Below, one piece after another: positions 42,992 to 57,410 of a DNA stretch of 64,000 bases. The notes below the pieces were generated by a model. The model was not told the DNA's origin, did not search any database, and worked only from the letters and a program-made list of their open reading frames with translations. Source of the DNA: Eledone cirrhosa. Lineage: Eukaryota. Position 1 is the first letter of the stretch, and every line of letters begins with the position of its first letter. The position numbers and the translations under genes were made by a program. Location of the stretch: NCBI GenBank assembly GCA_964016885.1, contig OZ024762.1, positions 26,226,001 to 26,290,000 on the forward strand, given 5' to 3'.

Positions 42992-43712
42992 AACTCAGAA
43001 AGCAGAGAGCCAGCTAGATTTGAACTCAGAGAGAGGTGTCAGCTAGATTTGAACTCAGAGAGCAGTGTCAGATAGATTTGAACTCAGAGAGAGGTGTCAG
43101 CTAGATTTGAACTCAGAGAGCAGTGTCAGATAGATTTGAACTCAGAGAGAGGTGTCAGCTAGATTTGAACTCAGAGAGCAGTGTCAGCTAGATTTGAACT
43201 CAGAGATCGGTGTCAGCTAGATTTGAACTCAGAGAGCAGTGTCAGCTAGATTTGAACTCAGAGATCGGTGTCAGCTAGATTTGAACACAGAGAGCAGTGT
43301 CAGCTAGATTTGAACTCAGAGAGCAGTGTCAGCTAGATTTGAACACGGAGAGCAGTGTCAGCTAGATTTGAACTCAGAGAGCAGTGTCAGCTAGATTTGA
43401 ACTCAGAGAGCAGTGTCAGTTAGATTTGAACACAGAGATCAGTGTCAGCTAGATTTGAACACAGAGACCAGAGAAACGACTGGATTTGAACTCAGAGAGC
43501 AGAGAGACGACTGGATTTGAACTCAGAGAGCAGAGAGACGACTGGATTTGAACTCAGAGACCAGAGAGACGACTGTATTTGAACTCAGAGAGCAGAGAGA
43601 CGGCTCGATTTGAACTCAGAGACCAACGAGCCGCCGATAAATGAACTGAGAGAGTAGAGAGCCGACTAGATTTGAACTCAGTGAGGAGAGAGACGGCCAG
43701 AGTTAAACTCAC
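42992..43712. repeat. 29-bp minisatellite (about 24 units) derived from the SINE B-box region
   Basis: Unit AGATTTGAACTCAGAGAGCAGTGTCAGCT. Confidence 0.9.
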
Positions 43713-43942
43713 AAATCATTCTATCCAACGTTCTAATGACTGTCAATTCGCCGCCATTACAGATAAGACGTTGTTATTTAGGCATTACAGATTTCTTGGT
43801 ACATATCTTCTTTCTTCTAATAACGACTTCGGATATTTTCCATCAACTGTAACAGAAAAAAACAAAGAATGGCTGATGACACGTAGAAATAGCACCACCA
43901 AATGTTAATTAAAACAGACGGATATTACGTGATCTACTTCTT

Positions 43943-45400
43943 GGTGGTGTTGTGGTGGTGGTGTTGGAGCTGTTGAGGTGTTGGTGGTGTTGTTGTGGTG
44001 GTGGGGCAGGAAGTGTTGGTTGTGTAGTTGTTGTGCTGGTGGTATTGTTGTGGTGGTGTTGTTGTTGAGGTGGTGGGGCAGGAGGTGTTGGTGGTGTAGT
44101 TGTTGTGCTGGTGGTATTGTTGTGGTGGTGGTATTGTGGTGGTGTTGTTGTTGAGGTGGTGGAGCAGGAGGTGTTGGTGGTGTAGTTGTTGTGCTGGTGG
44201 TATTGTTGTGGTGGTGGTATTGTGGTGGTGTTGTTGTTGAGGTGGTGGAGCAGGAGGTGTTGGTGGTGTAGTTGTGGTGGTGGGGCAGGAGGTATTGGTG
44301 GTGTAGTTGTGGTGGTGGGGCAGGAGGTATTGGTGGTGTAGTTGTGGTGGTGGAGCAGGAGGTGTTGGTGGTGTAGTTGTTGTGCTGGTGGTATTGTTGT
44401 GGTGGTGTTGTTGTTGTGGTGGTGGAGCAGGAGGTGTTGGTGGTGTAGTTGTTGTGCTGGTGGTATTGTTGTGGTGGTGTTGTTGTTGAGGTGGTGGGGC
44501 AGGAGGTGTTGGTGGTGTAGTTGTTGTGCTGGTGGTATTGTTGTAGTGGTGTTGTTGTTGTGGTGGTGGAGCAGGAGGTGTTGGTGGTGTAGTTGTTGTG
44601 GTGGGGCAGGAGGTGCTGGTGGTTGTGTTGTTGTGCTGGTGGTATTGTTGTGGTGGTGGTATTGTTGTGGTGGTGTTGTTGTTGTGCTGGTGGTATTGTT
44701 GTGTTGGTGTTGTTGTAGAGGTGGTGGGGCAGGAGGTGCAGGTGGTGTAGTTGTTGTGGTGGTATTGTTGTGGTGGTGTAGTTGTTGTGCTGGTGGTATT
44801 GTTGTGTTGGTGTTGTTGTTGAGGTGGTGGGGCAGGAGGTGCAGGTGGTGTAGTTGTTGTGCTGGTGGTATTGTTGTGGTGGTGTAGTTGTTGTGCTGGT
44901 GGTATTGTTGTGTTGGTGTTGTTGTTGAGGTGGTGGGGCAGGAGGTGCAGGTGGTGCAGGTGTTGTGGTGCTGGTATTGTTGTGGTGGTGTTGTTGTGGT
45001 GGTGCTGGTGGTGCGCCAGTAGGTGGTGTAGTTGTTGTTTTGGTGGTGGTGCTGGTAGTGGTGGCTGTTGTGGTAGTGCAGGTGGTGATGCTGCTGGTGT
45101 TGTGGTGGTGGTCTTGTTGTGGCTTTGGTGTTGTTGTTGTTGTGGTGCAGGTGGTGATGCTGGCGGTGTTGTGGTGGTGGTGGTGTTGTGGATTTGGTGT
45201 TGTTGTTGTGGTGCAGGTGGTGATGGTGGCGGTGTTGTGGTGGCGGTGGTGTTGTGGCTTTGGTGTTGTTGTTGTTGTGATGCAGGCGGTGGTGGTGGTG
45301 GTGTTGTGGTTTTGGTGCTGTTGTGGTGCAGATGGTAGTGGTGGTTGTTGTAGTTGTTGTGGTAGTGGTGGTGCAGTGGGGGTGGGTGGTGGTGGTTATT
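43943..45400. repeat. GT-rich (GGT/TGT) degenerate tandem repeat
   Basis: Seen directly, with GCAGGAGGTGTTGG higher-order units. Confidence 0.9.
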
Positions 45401-45788
45401 TTGTTTGTATTTTCTCTCTATTTATTTTCCCTTCTGAGTTGTTCTTTCTTTTTATAACGATGTCCACCAATAATAATGATAATAATAATTGTTTGTACTT
45501 TTGGCACAAGGCCAGCAATTACCCAGTGTATTACTGGTACTTTATTTTATCGACCCCGTAAGGATGAAAGGTAAAGTCAACCTCGGAGGTTAAATTTGCC
45601 TTTCATCCTTGTAATGGTGGTAGTAGTAGTAATAGTAGTAGTAGTAGTAGTAACAGCAGCAGCAGTGGTAGTAACATTAATAATAGTAGTAACAGCAACA
45701 ACAAAAGTAGTAGTAGTACTAGTAGTAGTAGTGGTAGTAGTAGTAGTAGTATTAGCAGCAGCAGCAGTAGTAGTACTAGTAGTAGTAG

Positions 45789-45861
<73 letters not shown>

Positions 45862-46146
45862 CTGCAGCAGCAGCAGCAGCAGCAGCAGTAATCGAAGATG
45901 TTGTTTTTTACAGTGTTGTTGTTGAATGCTGCTACCGTTATTGGTGTTGTTTGTGTGTCGCCCCAGGGTGTAATTAGTACGACACGTTCCTGGTTCTTTG
46001 CCAGAATGTTATAGATTCTTGTAACAAAATAAAAGATAGGAAAAAACACAGAAAACACAGAGAAACAAACATAAATAACCAGACTAACAAATATAGAAAA
46101 TGGCGGTCTTAACATTGACATTACTCCAGTCTACACGGACAGGGGA

Positions 46147-46268
<122 letters not shown>

Positions 46269-46346
46269 CCGTAGTGAAGCACAGAAGCTCAGAGCCTCAT
46301 ATACGTATGCATACATACATACATATATATATACACAAATATATAT

Positions 46347-46411
<65 letters not shown>

Positions 46412-46434
46412 GTATTTATATATATATATTTATA

Positions 46435-46474
<40 letters not shown>

Positions 46475-46523
46475 TATAAATATATATATATAAATACATA
46501 TATATATATATATATATAATATA

Positions 46524-46588
<65 letters not shown>

Positions 46589-47633
46589 AGGTACATAAAC
46601 ACATACATGCGAATACACACATCCACATATATACAAACATATAAATATATATTCATTATTGACATACGTAAACACATACTTCGAAATATCCATATACACG
46701 TATACACACATATAGCACATACACACATACACACATATACACACATACACACATACACACATATACACACATATACACATACACACATATACACACAATG
46801 ACACATACACACATATAGCACATACATGCATATATGTGCTATATATATATATATTAACATATATTTACAAATACACATACACACATATGGCACACGCATA
46901 CATATTTATATACGTATATATACACACATATATATATAAATATATATTGACATACATATACACATTTGTATATACACATATATATATATATAAACACATA
47001 CTTACGAATACATACATATACATATACATTTGTATATGGATATATATAAACACATACTTATAAATACACATATACATACATATACATACATATACATACA
47101 TCTACATAAATACACAGTTACAATTAAACGTATGCACACATAAACACAGATACATAGACATGCATTAACACTTACTTACAAATACACATACACACACAAA
47201 CATATACTTGTAAAAATACATACCCACTTACATGCCCACATATACAAATACATACACGCATACGTACAAAAACACATACATACTTGTTTACAAAAACATA
47301 CACATACATATTCAAACACATACGTACATATTTACACACCTACTGATAAACACATATACGCGCATACGTACATGCCAGTTTACATACACATATCTATACA
47401 CAGACATACTTACAAATGCACACACACACGCCCACACATACATACAGGCATACTTATAAATACATATACACACATACATACACACGTGCTTACAAAATAC
47501 ACATAAACACATACGCAGCAATATACACAGGGACACACGAAAAAAAAACATGTTTTGCTGTGGTGAGCCATACACACGTATACACACAAACCACCCACAC
47601 ACTAACATGTACTTACATACACATATACACACT

Positions 47634-49683
47634 GTGACCAAGGGCGTAGTCACGTTAGTCAGGAAGGACGAGAATAAGGGGAATGACATAGGCAACTTCC
47701 GGCCCATAATTCTGCTAAACACAGAGTTACAGATTTTGGCCAAGGTGTTGGCAAAGAGGTGGCGCTAGTCGTCGAAAACCCGGTGAGAGAAGCGCAGACA
47801 TGCTGCGCAACCCGACTAGATCCATACACGACAACCTCCACCTCATGCGATACATCATAGAGAGGGTAGTGTGTAAATCCGCTTTCGGTGGGGCCCTGAT
47901 CAACTTGGATCAGTCTAAGGCTTTCGATAGGGTTGACCATCGTTACCTGGATGCGGTACTCGAGGCGGCAGGCTTCGGACCCGTTTTCAGGGGCTGGAAT
48001 GCTGCAATGCACTGCAGCAACATCTGCTCAAGGGTCAAGGCGAAGGGCTACCTCTCGGAGCTGTTCCATATCACGCGATCCATCTGACAGGGATGCCCCC
48101 TCTCCTCCCGTCTGTACGTACTGGCTCTCGAACCACTACTGCGGAGGTTGGAGCTATTGCAGGGCATCCCTTTAGAACCAGGACTGCGAAAAGCGGCGTC
48201 GGCCTACGCCGACGACATAACAGTAGTGGTGTCGAGCACCTCGCAAATCGGGGAGGTCGGCACCTTACTGAAGGAATACGAAAGGTTCACAGGAGCGAAG
48301 CTGAAGCGGGACAAATCCGTCGGTTTGCAACTCGGAACATGGAGATGCAAACCGATGCCTTCCACTGGCGTCGTCGGACGCTGGACGGAAGGACCGGTAA
48401 AGATGCTCGGGGTCTGGTTTGGTCCAGACCTCCACTCGACCGTCGTGCCTTGTCCAGCCAAAATGCTCACAAAAATGGAGCGCGCGTTCTTCCAATTCCT
48501 TTGGAAGAAGTGGGCTCCTTTGGTGAGAAGATCCATCTGCTGCCAACACCTTTCAAACGGAGGGCTGGGGGAGCCGTGGCTGGCGATGCGCAAACACGCG
48601 CTCAGGCTGCAGCACCTCCACGTATTCTTCACCGGACAACCTGTGTGGGCCCCGTTCGTGAGGCGAGCCTTCCAAAGACTCGTCACGCTGACCGAGCTGC
48701 AGTCCTGGGTCAAGCAAAGACCGAGGAAAATGGGCGACTGGCACATCGAATGTGCTCAGGCGCTCACAGCCCTCTGGCAGGCGGACCCGGCGATCAGTAG
48801 AGACTCCACTTCGTCATTCTATAGAGTGTTGGTTCGCAGCTAGTGCGACGACGCGCTGGAGAAACTCTAGGCGTAGAGGGAGACGAACTGGCCAGTCTCT
48901 TCGGTAGAACCCTCCGCCCGGGACCGATGGACAACTTCGAAAAGTACCTGGCCTGGCAGTGCTACCGAGGAGCTCTACCAGTTCGAGACAAGCTCTACAG
49001 ACACGGGCGCCCGGGTAGGGACCCTTCGAAAAAGATCTCTCCGAAATACGTGCGCGAAGAGGAAACCGTCGCGCACGCATTTGTACACTGCCCGGGCGTT
49101 ACCGACCTGTGGGGCTATGTAGAACGACTTTTGTCGCGGATGGGACCAATCCAGTTGACCACCGAGTCCATTGTCATGATCAAACCGCCACCCGCCTTCA
49201 AAAACGAAGGAGAGGCGGTTTTCCTATGTGTTATGGTGAAAGAGGTTATATGGTGGACGAGGTTAAAAGTGCTGAGGTCAGACACCTTTCTCTCCGGCGA
49301 ACAACTGATTCGTTTTTTCAAATATCATTTTGGAAGAAGAATCAGGATGGAGAGAGAGGTGCTGTACCCCAGCAAATTTTATAAAAGGTGGGTGAATGTG
49401 GCAAAGATGGCCCGAGTGGTTGGGCCTTCTCTCTATATAAGCCTGCCTGTGGGTTGAGGAAAAAGAAAAAGAGAGGAGGGAGTACTCACTCTTGGTGCTC
49501 CTGGAGATGAGGGTTGTACATTTTTTCGGGGTGTGTGCAACCCCTGTGAAACGCCTCCACCTTATTGGGAATTTCAATTGTTATTTGTTATTGTATTAAT
49601 AGTTTTATTTTCATATACCTGCATGTAAACTCCCCATTCGTATTTGTCCCCTTCTTTTGTGCCCTTGTGGCTAATAAAGAAAT
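47634..49683 (+). mobile_element. 5'-truncated Tx1/L1-clade LINE (decayed RT + C-terminal zinc knuckle) with (TATC)n tail
   Basis: FRPIILLNTE, LDQSKAFDRVDH, GCPLS, AYADDI, GGLG and ETVAHAFVHC motifs; AATAAA at 49673 followed by (TATC)n. Confidence 0.9.
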
Positions 49684-49789
49684 GTATCTATCTATCTATC
49701 TATCTATCTCTATCTATCTATCTACGTCGCTCTCTCTCTCTCCCTCTCCCCTCTCTCTCTCCCTCTGCGCTCTCTCTCCCTCTCCCCCT

Positions 49790-49973
<184 letters not shown>

Positions 49974-50556
49974 CGAAAATAACAGAATTACCAACATTCT
50001 CCGGAGAATTTCTTTGCCAAAAAAAGAAAATTCTTTATATTAAAATTTGAAAAACTTTCTAAACTTTGGAAACAAAATTTCCAATATTTTTTAGCGACAA
50101 AATTTTTAATTTTTGATTTTATTTTATTTTTCTTAATTAAGAATGAAGGAAACATTTAAAAAATTTATTTGCAAAAAAAAAAGTTAAATAAAATATTGAA
50201 AAATGGTAAAAGAAAGAAAAAAAATAATTAAAATTAAAATTCTGAATATCGAAGGAAAAAAAAATATTCCGATGATGTTTGTTTGCTTTTTAAGAACATA
50301 CAGAAAAAATGTTTGTTTTTATCGCAATAATAAAATGGCAGTGTGGGGGAGATAGAGGCAGGCAGTAGTGACATTGTGGTGTGTTGGAGGGTAAGGGAAG
50401 AGGGAGATTGTCGATTCAAGCACGGAATAGAATGGTCCCACATCGATTTCGATGATGCCTGTTCGATTTTTTCGATCAATGGAACAGCCTGCTCGTGAAA
50501 TTAGCACATAGGTGGCGCTGACTATGTAGTGCATAGACACCAAACGAAAGTCTAAT

Positions 50557-51010
50557 TTCTGTTTCGAGTTCTGCAGGCTCATCAGCTCGGGTCTTATCCT
50601 GGTTTACCTTGTGTTAAGCGAGTGAGAGTACAAAATTTCCCCCTGGACAGGATGCCAGTCCAACACAGGGTTAAAATCTGTTTCGAGCCCGGAGGCTCTG
50701 GAAGCTGGGCCTTATCCCGGTTTACTTGGCGCTAAGTGACTGAGAGTGCAAGACTTCCCCAGGACAGGATGCCAGTCCATCGCAGGGTTAAATCTGTCTC
50801 GGACACCGTAGGTTAATCAAGCCGGGGCTTATCCCGGTTTACGTTGTGTCAAGTAACTGAGAGGACAATACTTTCCCCTGTACAGGACACCTATCCATTG
50901 TAGGGTTAACCCCCAGCTATTGCCAGTGCTCATTTTTAACTGTGTATAATGAAGGAACGTGAAATGAAGTGTTTTATTCAAGAACATAACACACAGTCCA
51001 GTCAAGGAAT
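50557..51010 (-). repeat. Three tandem units of about 118 bp from a SINE internal domain
   Basis: CTTATCCCGGTTTAC...CCCCTGGACAGGATGCCAGTCCA..CAGGGTTAA three times; related sequence at 63860-63970 (opposite strand) and 36355-36432. Confidence 0.65.
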
Positions 51011-53669
51011 GGAATCTTGGTACAGTGTCGGACTAAAGTCTTCGTGGCATAGAATTACGACCCTTTACGTTCTGATTTCAAGTCTCGACGAGGTTAGCTT
51101 TGTCTTTCATCCTTACGGGATCGATAAAATAAAGTACCAGTGATTTACTGAGGTCGATTTAATCGACTTTCCCCGCCCCTTCAAATTGCTGGCCTTGTGC
51201 CCAAAGTAGAAATAATTATGATTTTAAGCCCAACAACCTTATCACTAGGGCACGCGCCTCAACGTCCACAGACACGTGTATCCTTTAATAACTCTCAAAG
51301 AGAATTCAGTATGACTATGACACATTTTGTGACAAGTATGACCTTTTGAATTACAAGTAAAACGCATTTTTGTCAGTTTATTTGAACTTGAGCAACGCGA
51401 AGTATAATGTCTTGTTCAAGGTCACATTGTGCTTCCTGACCTGCGAATCGAACTCGTGAGCTTACGATGAGTAATCGAATAGTCTAACCACTTAACCATC
51501 GATCCACCTGTCTTTACGTGCATACGATCTCACACATGAACTTAAACACAAAAACACAAGAACAAACACAGATATACACAAATATACATACACACATACA
51601 AACATATACACATACATACACATATTCACACACACACACATATATGCACAAACACACGTATACACATTCACACATATATACGTGCACACGCATGCACAGT
51701 TACAAATATATACTCAGAGATACACACACAGAGATAAAATTACACACTGACACATAATCACCGACACACACACATAGGTGCACATTTACAATTACACGCC
51801 AACACACAAACACACACGTTGCTACACACACTCACATAAATTCCGGACACACACACACACACACACACACAAATATGCATAGTTGCAAATATACACTAAC
51901 ACACAAAACCACACACACATACACAAAGCTAAAAATACACACACTAACATACTAAACCAGACACACAGACACACACATACATATATACACACATCTACAA
52001 ATATACACTAACACACAACACCAGACACACACACATACAAACACAGTTACAAATAGACACAGTAACACTCAACGTTTATACACAAACACACATATTCATA
52101 CATACACACAGTTACAAATAAACTTACAAAACCAGATATACACAAACACACACATGCATACACACAGCACAGTTACAACTGTACACACCAACACACAAAA
52201 CCACGCACACAAACACACACATACATGAACACAGTTACAAATAGACAGACTAACATAGAAACACACATACTTACACACCCTTACAAATAGACATAGTAAC
52301 ACACAAAACCAGACATACATACATACACACTGCTACAAATAGACACAATAACACACACACATACACACACACAGTTACAAATAAACACACTAACACACAA
52401 AATCAGATATACAAACATACATAAAACAAGACACACAACAAACCAGACACAAAACACACACATACATACACACAAAAACACACACATATATACACACCAA
52501 ACCAGACACACAAACACACACATATATACACACAAAACCAGACACATAAACACACATAGAACCAGACACACAGACATGCGCATACACACACACACAGAGC
52601 TAAAAATACACACTTACACATAACTTGCAGACACAGTGAGACAGACAAATGCACATACACACAAAACTACACATAGACACTTACACATAACTCGCACACA
52701 CACACACTAACAGACAAATGTACGAACACATACACGCACACAGACACATACGCACACACACGTACAGGAACAAATACACACACATAATCACATGTATTTA
52801 AACACATATAATGGAGGTTGGCATTTGTATTTCCTTTACCTTTATTTAAGATTAGATTGTTCAATTGGACGAAAGAAAAATTTCTCAACTATCTCTAACT
52901 ATTATCAATGTCACGTGTATAATTAGCCGGCATTAATACGAGTTAAGCAATTATTTGAAATCACGAATTCCTAGCATAACGGCTATTATTTCCAATATCG
53001 ATATGGTATTCAATACTCGGCATTTATCATTTGTTTAGACTGAAGTATAACAGTATTTGTCAAGAACAGTCATTTGTGACACAAGCAAGCAAATATAGAA
53101 GACAAAAACTATAATATATATGTTAACGATATAGAACTAGAATTATAAAATAAACAAGAAAAATAATATTTAATGATGATGACAAAAAACGCATTCATAA
53201 TTACAATTATTATGTGTAATAAAGGTCAATAGAATATTTAAAATGGAAGTTTTGTGGTGATTACAACAACAACAAAATTAAATACAAAATGGCGTCGTTT
53301 CCGTCACGACCAGCCTGTTTTCCATTTTTTTTCCTTTTTTATTTTCGTCGTTACTATAGTTGTTTTTTGTTTTTTTTAATATTATATAACAGATTTAGCC
53401 TAGTGATTTCCTGGAAAAGTTGTTTTTATGCAAGACTAGCTGTCGTCTGAAACATGTCGGTCTCTCCCCTTACTCTCTTCGCTCCCCGCCACCGATTTTA
53501 TCCGAGGAGAAAAGTAAGGGAAGGGATGAGGATGATCTAGTTTGACACCAGCATCGTTGCAACTTTATCACTCCACCGAGAGATGCTGTGCAATCAAAAC
53601 GTTTTTATAAGTCTATCAGAATGAATAGTATATATACGAAGAGGAAATTCGCATTTTAATATATAGTAA

Positions 53670-54265
53670 TGATTTTTACCATAGGCCAAGGCCAGTAATT
53701 TTTGGGGAGGGAAAAGTCGATTAAATCGACACCACTACGTTACTGGTGCTTTATTTTATCGACTCCGAAATGGTGAAAGGCAAAGCTAACGTCGACGGGA
53801 TTTTAACTCAGATCATAAAGGGCCATAACTCTATGCTGCAAGGCATGATCTCCCACTCTCTACCGATACTGCCAATCCACCGCCCCAAATGGTTTCTTAT
53901 ATAGGCACAAGGCCAACAAATTGCGGGAGGGGAAAGTCAATTAAATCGACCCCAGTGTATTTTATCGACCCCGTAAGGATGAAAGGCAAAGCTAACCTCG
54001 GCAGGATTTGAACTCAGACCGTAAAGGACCGTAACTCTATGTAGTGCTGTAAAGCATGGTGTCTGACTTTCTACCGATACTGCCAAATGATAATAGTAAT
54101 AATAATAATTGTTTCTACTTTAGGCACAAGGCCAGCAATTACCCAGTGCATTACTGGTACTTTATTTTATCGACCCCGTAAGGATGAAAGGCAAAGTTAA
54201 CCTCGGCGGGATTTGAACCCAGAATGGCAAGGGACGTAACTCTATGCGTCAAAGCATGGCGTCCA
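53670..54265 (-). mobile_element. Three major SINE copies in tandem
   Basis: TTTATCGACCCCGTAAGGATGAAAGGCAAAG...GATTTGAACTCAGA repeated. Confidence 0.85.
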
Positions 54266-54352
54266 TGTACAAATGTCAGGAAAGTGAACAGTGTGTTTCA
54301 TGATATATACACACAGACACATACGTGCGTGTGTGGAGGAGGAGTATCAGGT

Positions 54353-54615
54353 GTACTACTACTACTACTACTACTACTACTACCACTATAACTGCTACTA
54401 CTACTACTACTGCTACTACTACTACTACTACTACTACTACTATTACTACAGCTACTACTACTACTACTACTACTAATATTACTACTACTACTGCTACTAC
54501 TGCTACTACTACTACTACTACTACTACTATTACTACAACTACTACTACTACTACTACTACCACTATAACTACTACTACTACTACTACTACTGCTACTACT
54601 ACTACTACTACTACA

Positions 54616-54667
<52 letters not shown>

Positions 54668-54759
54668 TTACTACTATTACGACTACTACTACTACTACTA
54701 CGACTACTACTACTACTACTACCACTATAACTACTACTATACTACTACTACTACTGCTG

Positions 54760-54819
<60 letters not shown>

Positions 54820-54827
54820 TTACTACA

Positions 54828-54867
<40 letters not shown>

Positions 54868-54895
54868 ACGACTACTACTATTAACTACTATTACG

Positions 54896-54938
<43 letters not shown>

Positions 54939-54965
54939 ATACTACTACTACTACTACTATCACTG

Positions 54966-55040
<75 letters not shown>

Positions 55041-55082
55041 ATACTACTACTACTACTACTAATACTACTACTATCACTACCA

Positions 55083-55174
<92 letters not shown>
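54353..55174. repeat. (TAC)n microsatellite, about 820 bp
   Basis: Seen directly. Confidence 0.95.
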
Positions 55175-55390
55175 GTTCTTTTATAATACTTCCATTTATT
55201 GCTACGCTACATTGGGCACAAGATTTCTTTGTCTCTGTCAAGCGCTATCACGTTGTATCTTAACACACATACATACACACCTGTATTGAGTGTGTATATC
55301 TGTATGTATGTCTATATATGTGTGTGTGTGCGTATGTATGTATATATTTTTGTGTATATGTATGTATTTATATGTATGTATATGTATGTA

Positions 55391-55449
<59 letters not shown>

Positions 55450-55491
55450 ATACATATTATATATGCATACATATATATATATATATGTATT

Positions 55492-55553
<62 letters not shown>

Positions 55554-55983
55554 CATACACAAACACATATATATATAAATATATATATATACACACGCAC
55601 ACACACACATTAGTCTATATAGCTCGTTTCCGTCTCGTTATCAATGAATGGTGAGATATCCTACCATAAAGTACAACACAACATTACTGAAAATAGATAG
55701 CGTTCTAATTTAATGATAATTGCATAGGATGGAGAGGTGGAGAGAGGTGAATGGGAGGGTGAGGGAGGTGGAGGAGAGGGGTGAAGGGAGGGGGATTAAA
55801 GGGGGAGAAGAAGAGGAAAGAGAAGGAGGATAAGAAGATAAGGAGAAGAGGAAAGAGGTGGAGTAGAAGGAGAGGAAAAAGAAGGGGGGGGGGGGGGGCA
55901 AGGGGATGTAAAAGAGCAAACAAGCTACAGATATACAGATATACACACCGCATTTATACACAAAGATCTACACACTCGCACAA

Positions 55984-56065
<82 letters not shown>

Positions 56066-56070
<5 letters not shown>

Positions 56071-56643
56071 TGAGGATGTCTGTCTGTGTGTGAGTTTGAA
56101 TCCTTAAAACTAGAGAAGCACCCAACCGACTGTTTTCAGACTTTACACATGTAATACTTATGTTTCATGGAGTGTTCTGAGAAAAAAAACATTCAAATGT
56201 TCAATGCACTAGGGACCGCATTAGGCGATTTAGCGAACTCTCTCTATAATTCTTAGTCTTTCTCGTTTTAGATAGATACATACATATAACGTCGCGACCT
56301 TATAATATCTGTCTGTATGTCTGGCTGTCTGCATTACGTCACTTCCTACAAATCGCTCTGCGTCCAGAACGTGCCTTTATAATATATGTCTGTATGTCTG
56401 GTTGTCTGCTGCCTCCGGTTATTTTGCCACCCTTGCTCAAGACAAATCTCACACTCATTCCCCAAACAGTTGGTAAGTGCACACAACTTCTTGCTCACAT
56501 TTTAAGCCACAGTGTTGCTTACTTACGTACCACCAGACCCTTACTTCTTTGCCAGCCGTGGTATGGGCAATACTAAGCTTAGCTAAGGCGGTTATATATT
56601 TCACAATGCCTTATCCCGTGCAACGCCGAGTACCACTGCTAGT
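56066..56643 (-). mobile_element. Helentron/HINE-like element
   Basis: Its ends are reverse complements of the ACTAGCAG..CGGCGTTGC start and the CAGACA..CCTCAGTTTTATA end. Confidence 0.6.
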
Positions 56644-56744
56644 ATATATATATAAAATTATGATATACATATATAATTATACATATACATATTTATATAT
56701 ACTCATATATATATACAAACATATACATACATATATATATATAC

Positions 56745-57355
56745 ATGGTGGCTGCCAAGTCGGTTTCGAGTACGGCCACTACTTTATATCCATGTAGGAG
56801 AACCCCTACCGATGCGCTGAACGAGTGTGACTTGTTAGTCCAGCAAGCGACTTGAAAACTCTGGTACAAACACTACACTTGTGACAATTATTGACACATA
56901 GTGCTGGGCCCATGGTACCATGTGACGACAAGTGCAGAGAGATCTCCAGATATAAAGCAATGCCTGTGCCGTGAAGCTTTTATAGTAAGCAAAGGCATTG
57001 AACAAAGCCAGTCCCACTCTGTTAACCAAGATGATATTTACCAAAAAGAAGAACAAGTCAACATCATTGGATACCATCAGGGTTGCAGGTGTTATTTCAG
57101 AGTTTTTCTTCTCCTAGAATTCTGCCTTGACAAAGGCTAAGGGGTCATCTCTCCCGGTGATTTTGGATGGCCATTGACTCTTAAGAGCTCCTTTGCCCTT
57201 TGACAGGTTTTGTTTTTAGTCCTGCAGGATGTCCAAAGTCACCCTCCTCACCAAGAAACCTTGGTGGGGTTGCCAGTTTAGTCGCCAACGACCCGACCAT
57301 GGGACAGGTTGTACTGGAATACATGTTACCAGTAGCACCAACTGGTGACCTGACA
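56745..57355. repeat. Unclassified repeat unit of about 600 bp (other copies: 61403-61596 partial, 61667-62247)
   Basis: Direct repeats flanking the RTE, separated by CA/TA microsatellite. Confidence 0.85.
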
Positions 57356-57410
57356 AACACATATATACACACATATATACACACATATACACACATATAT
57401 ACAAATATAT

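Noticed and set aside
42992-43712. CRISPR-like 29-bp array
   Set aside because: No unique spacers, SINE-derived, eukaryotic context, and no cas genes.
44307-45561. Gly/Cys/Trp/Val-rich ORFs
   Set aside because: GT-rich simple repeat open in all frames.
54276-55089. Mucin-like poly-Thr ORF
   Set aside because: Pure (TAC)n, open in several frames, with no gene context.
57270-57352. HDV-like or twister ribozyme on the minus strand
   Set aside because: Hairpins are present but the required pseudoknot order and catalytic motifs could not be assigned.
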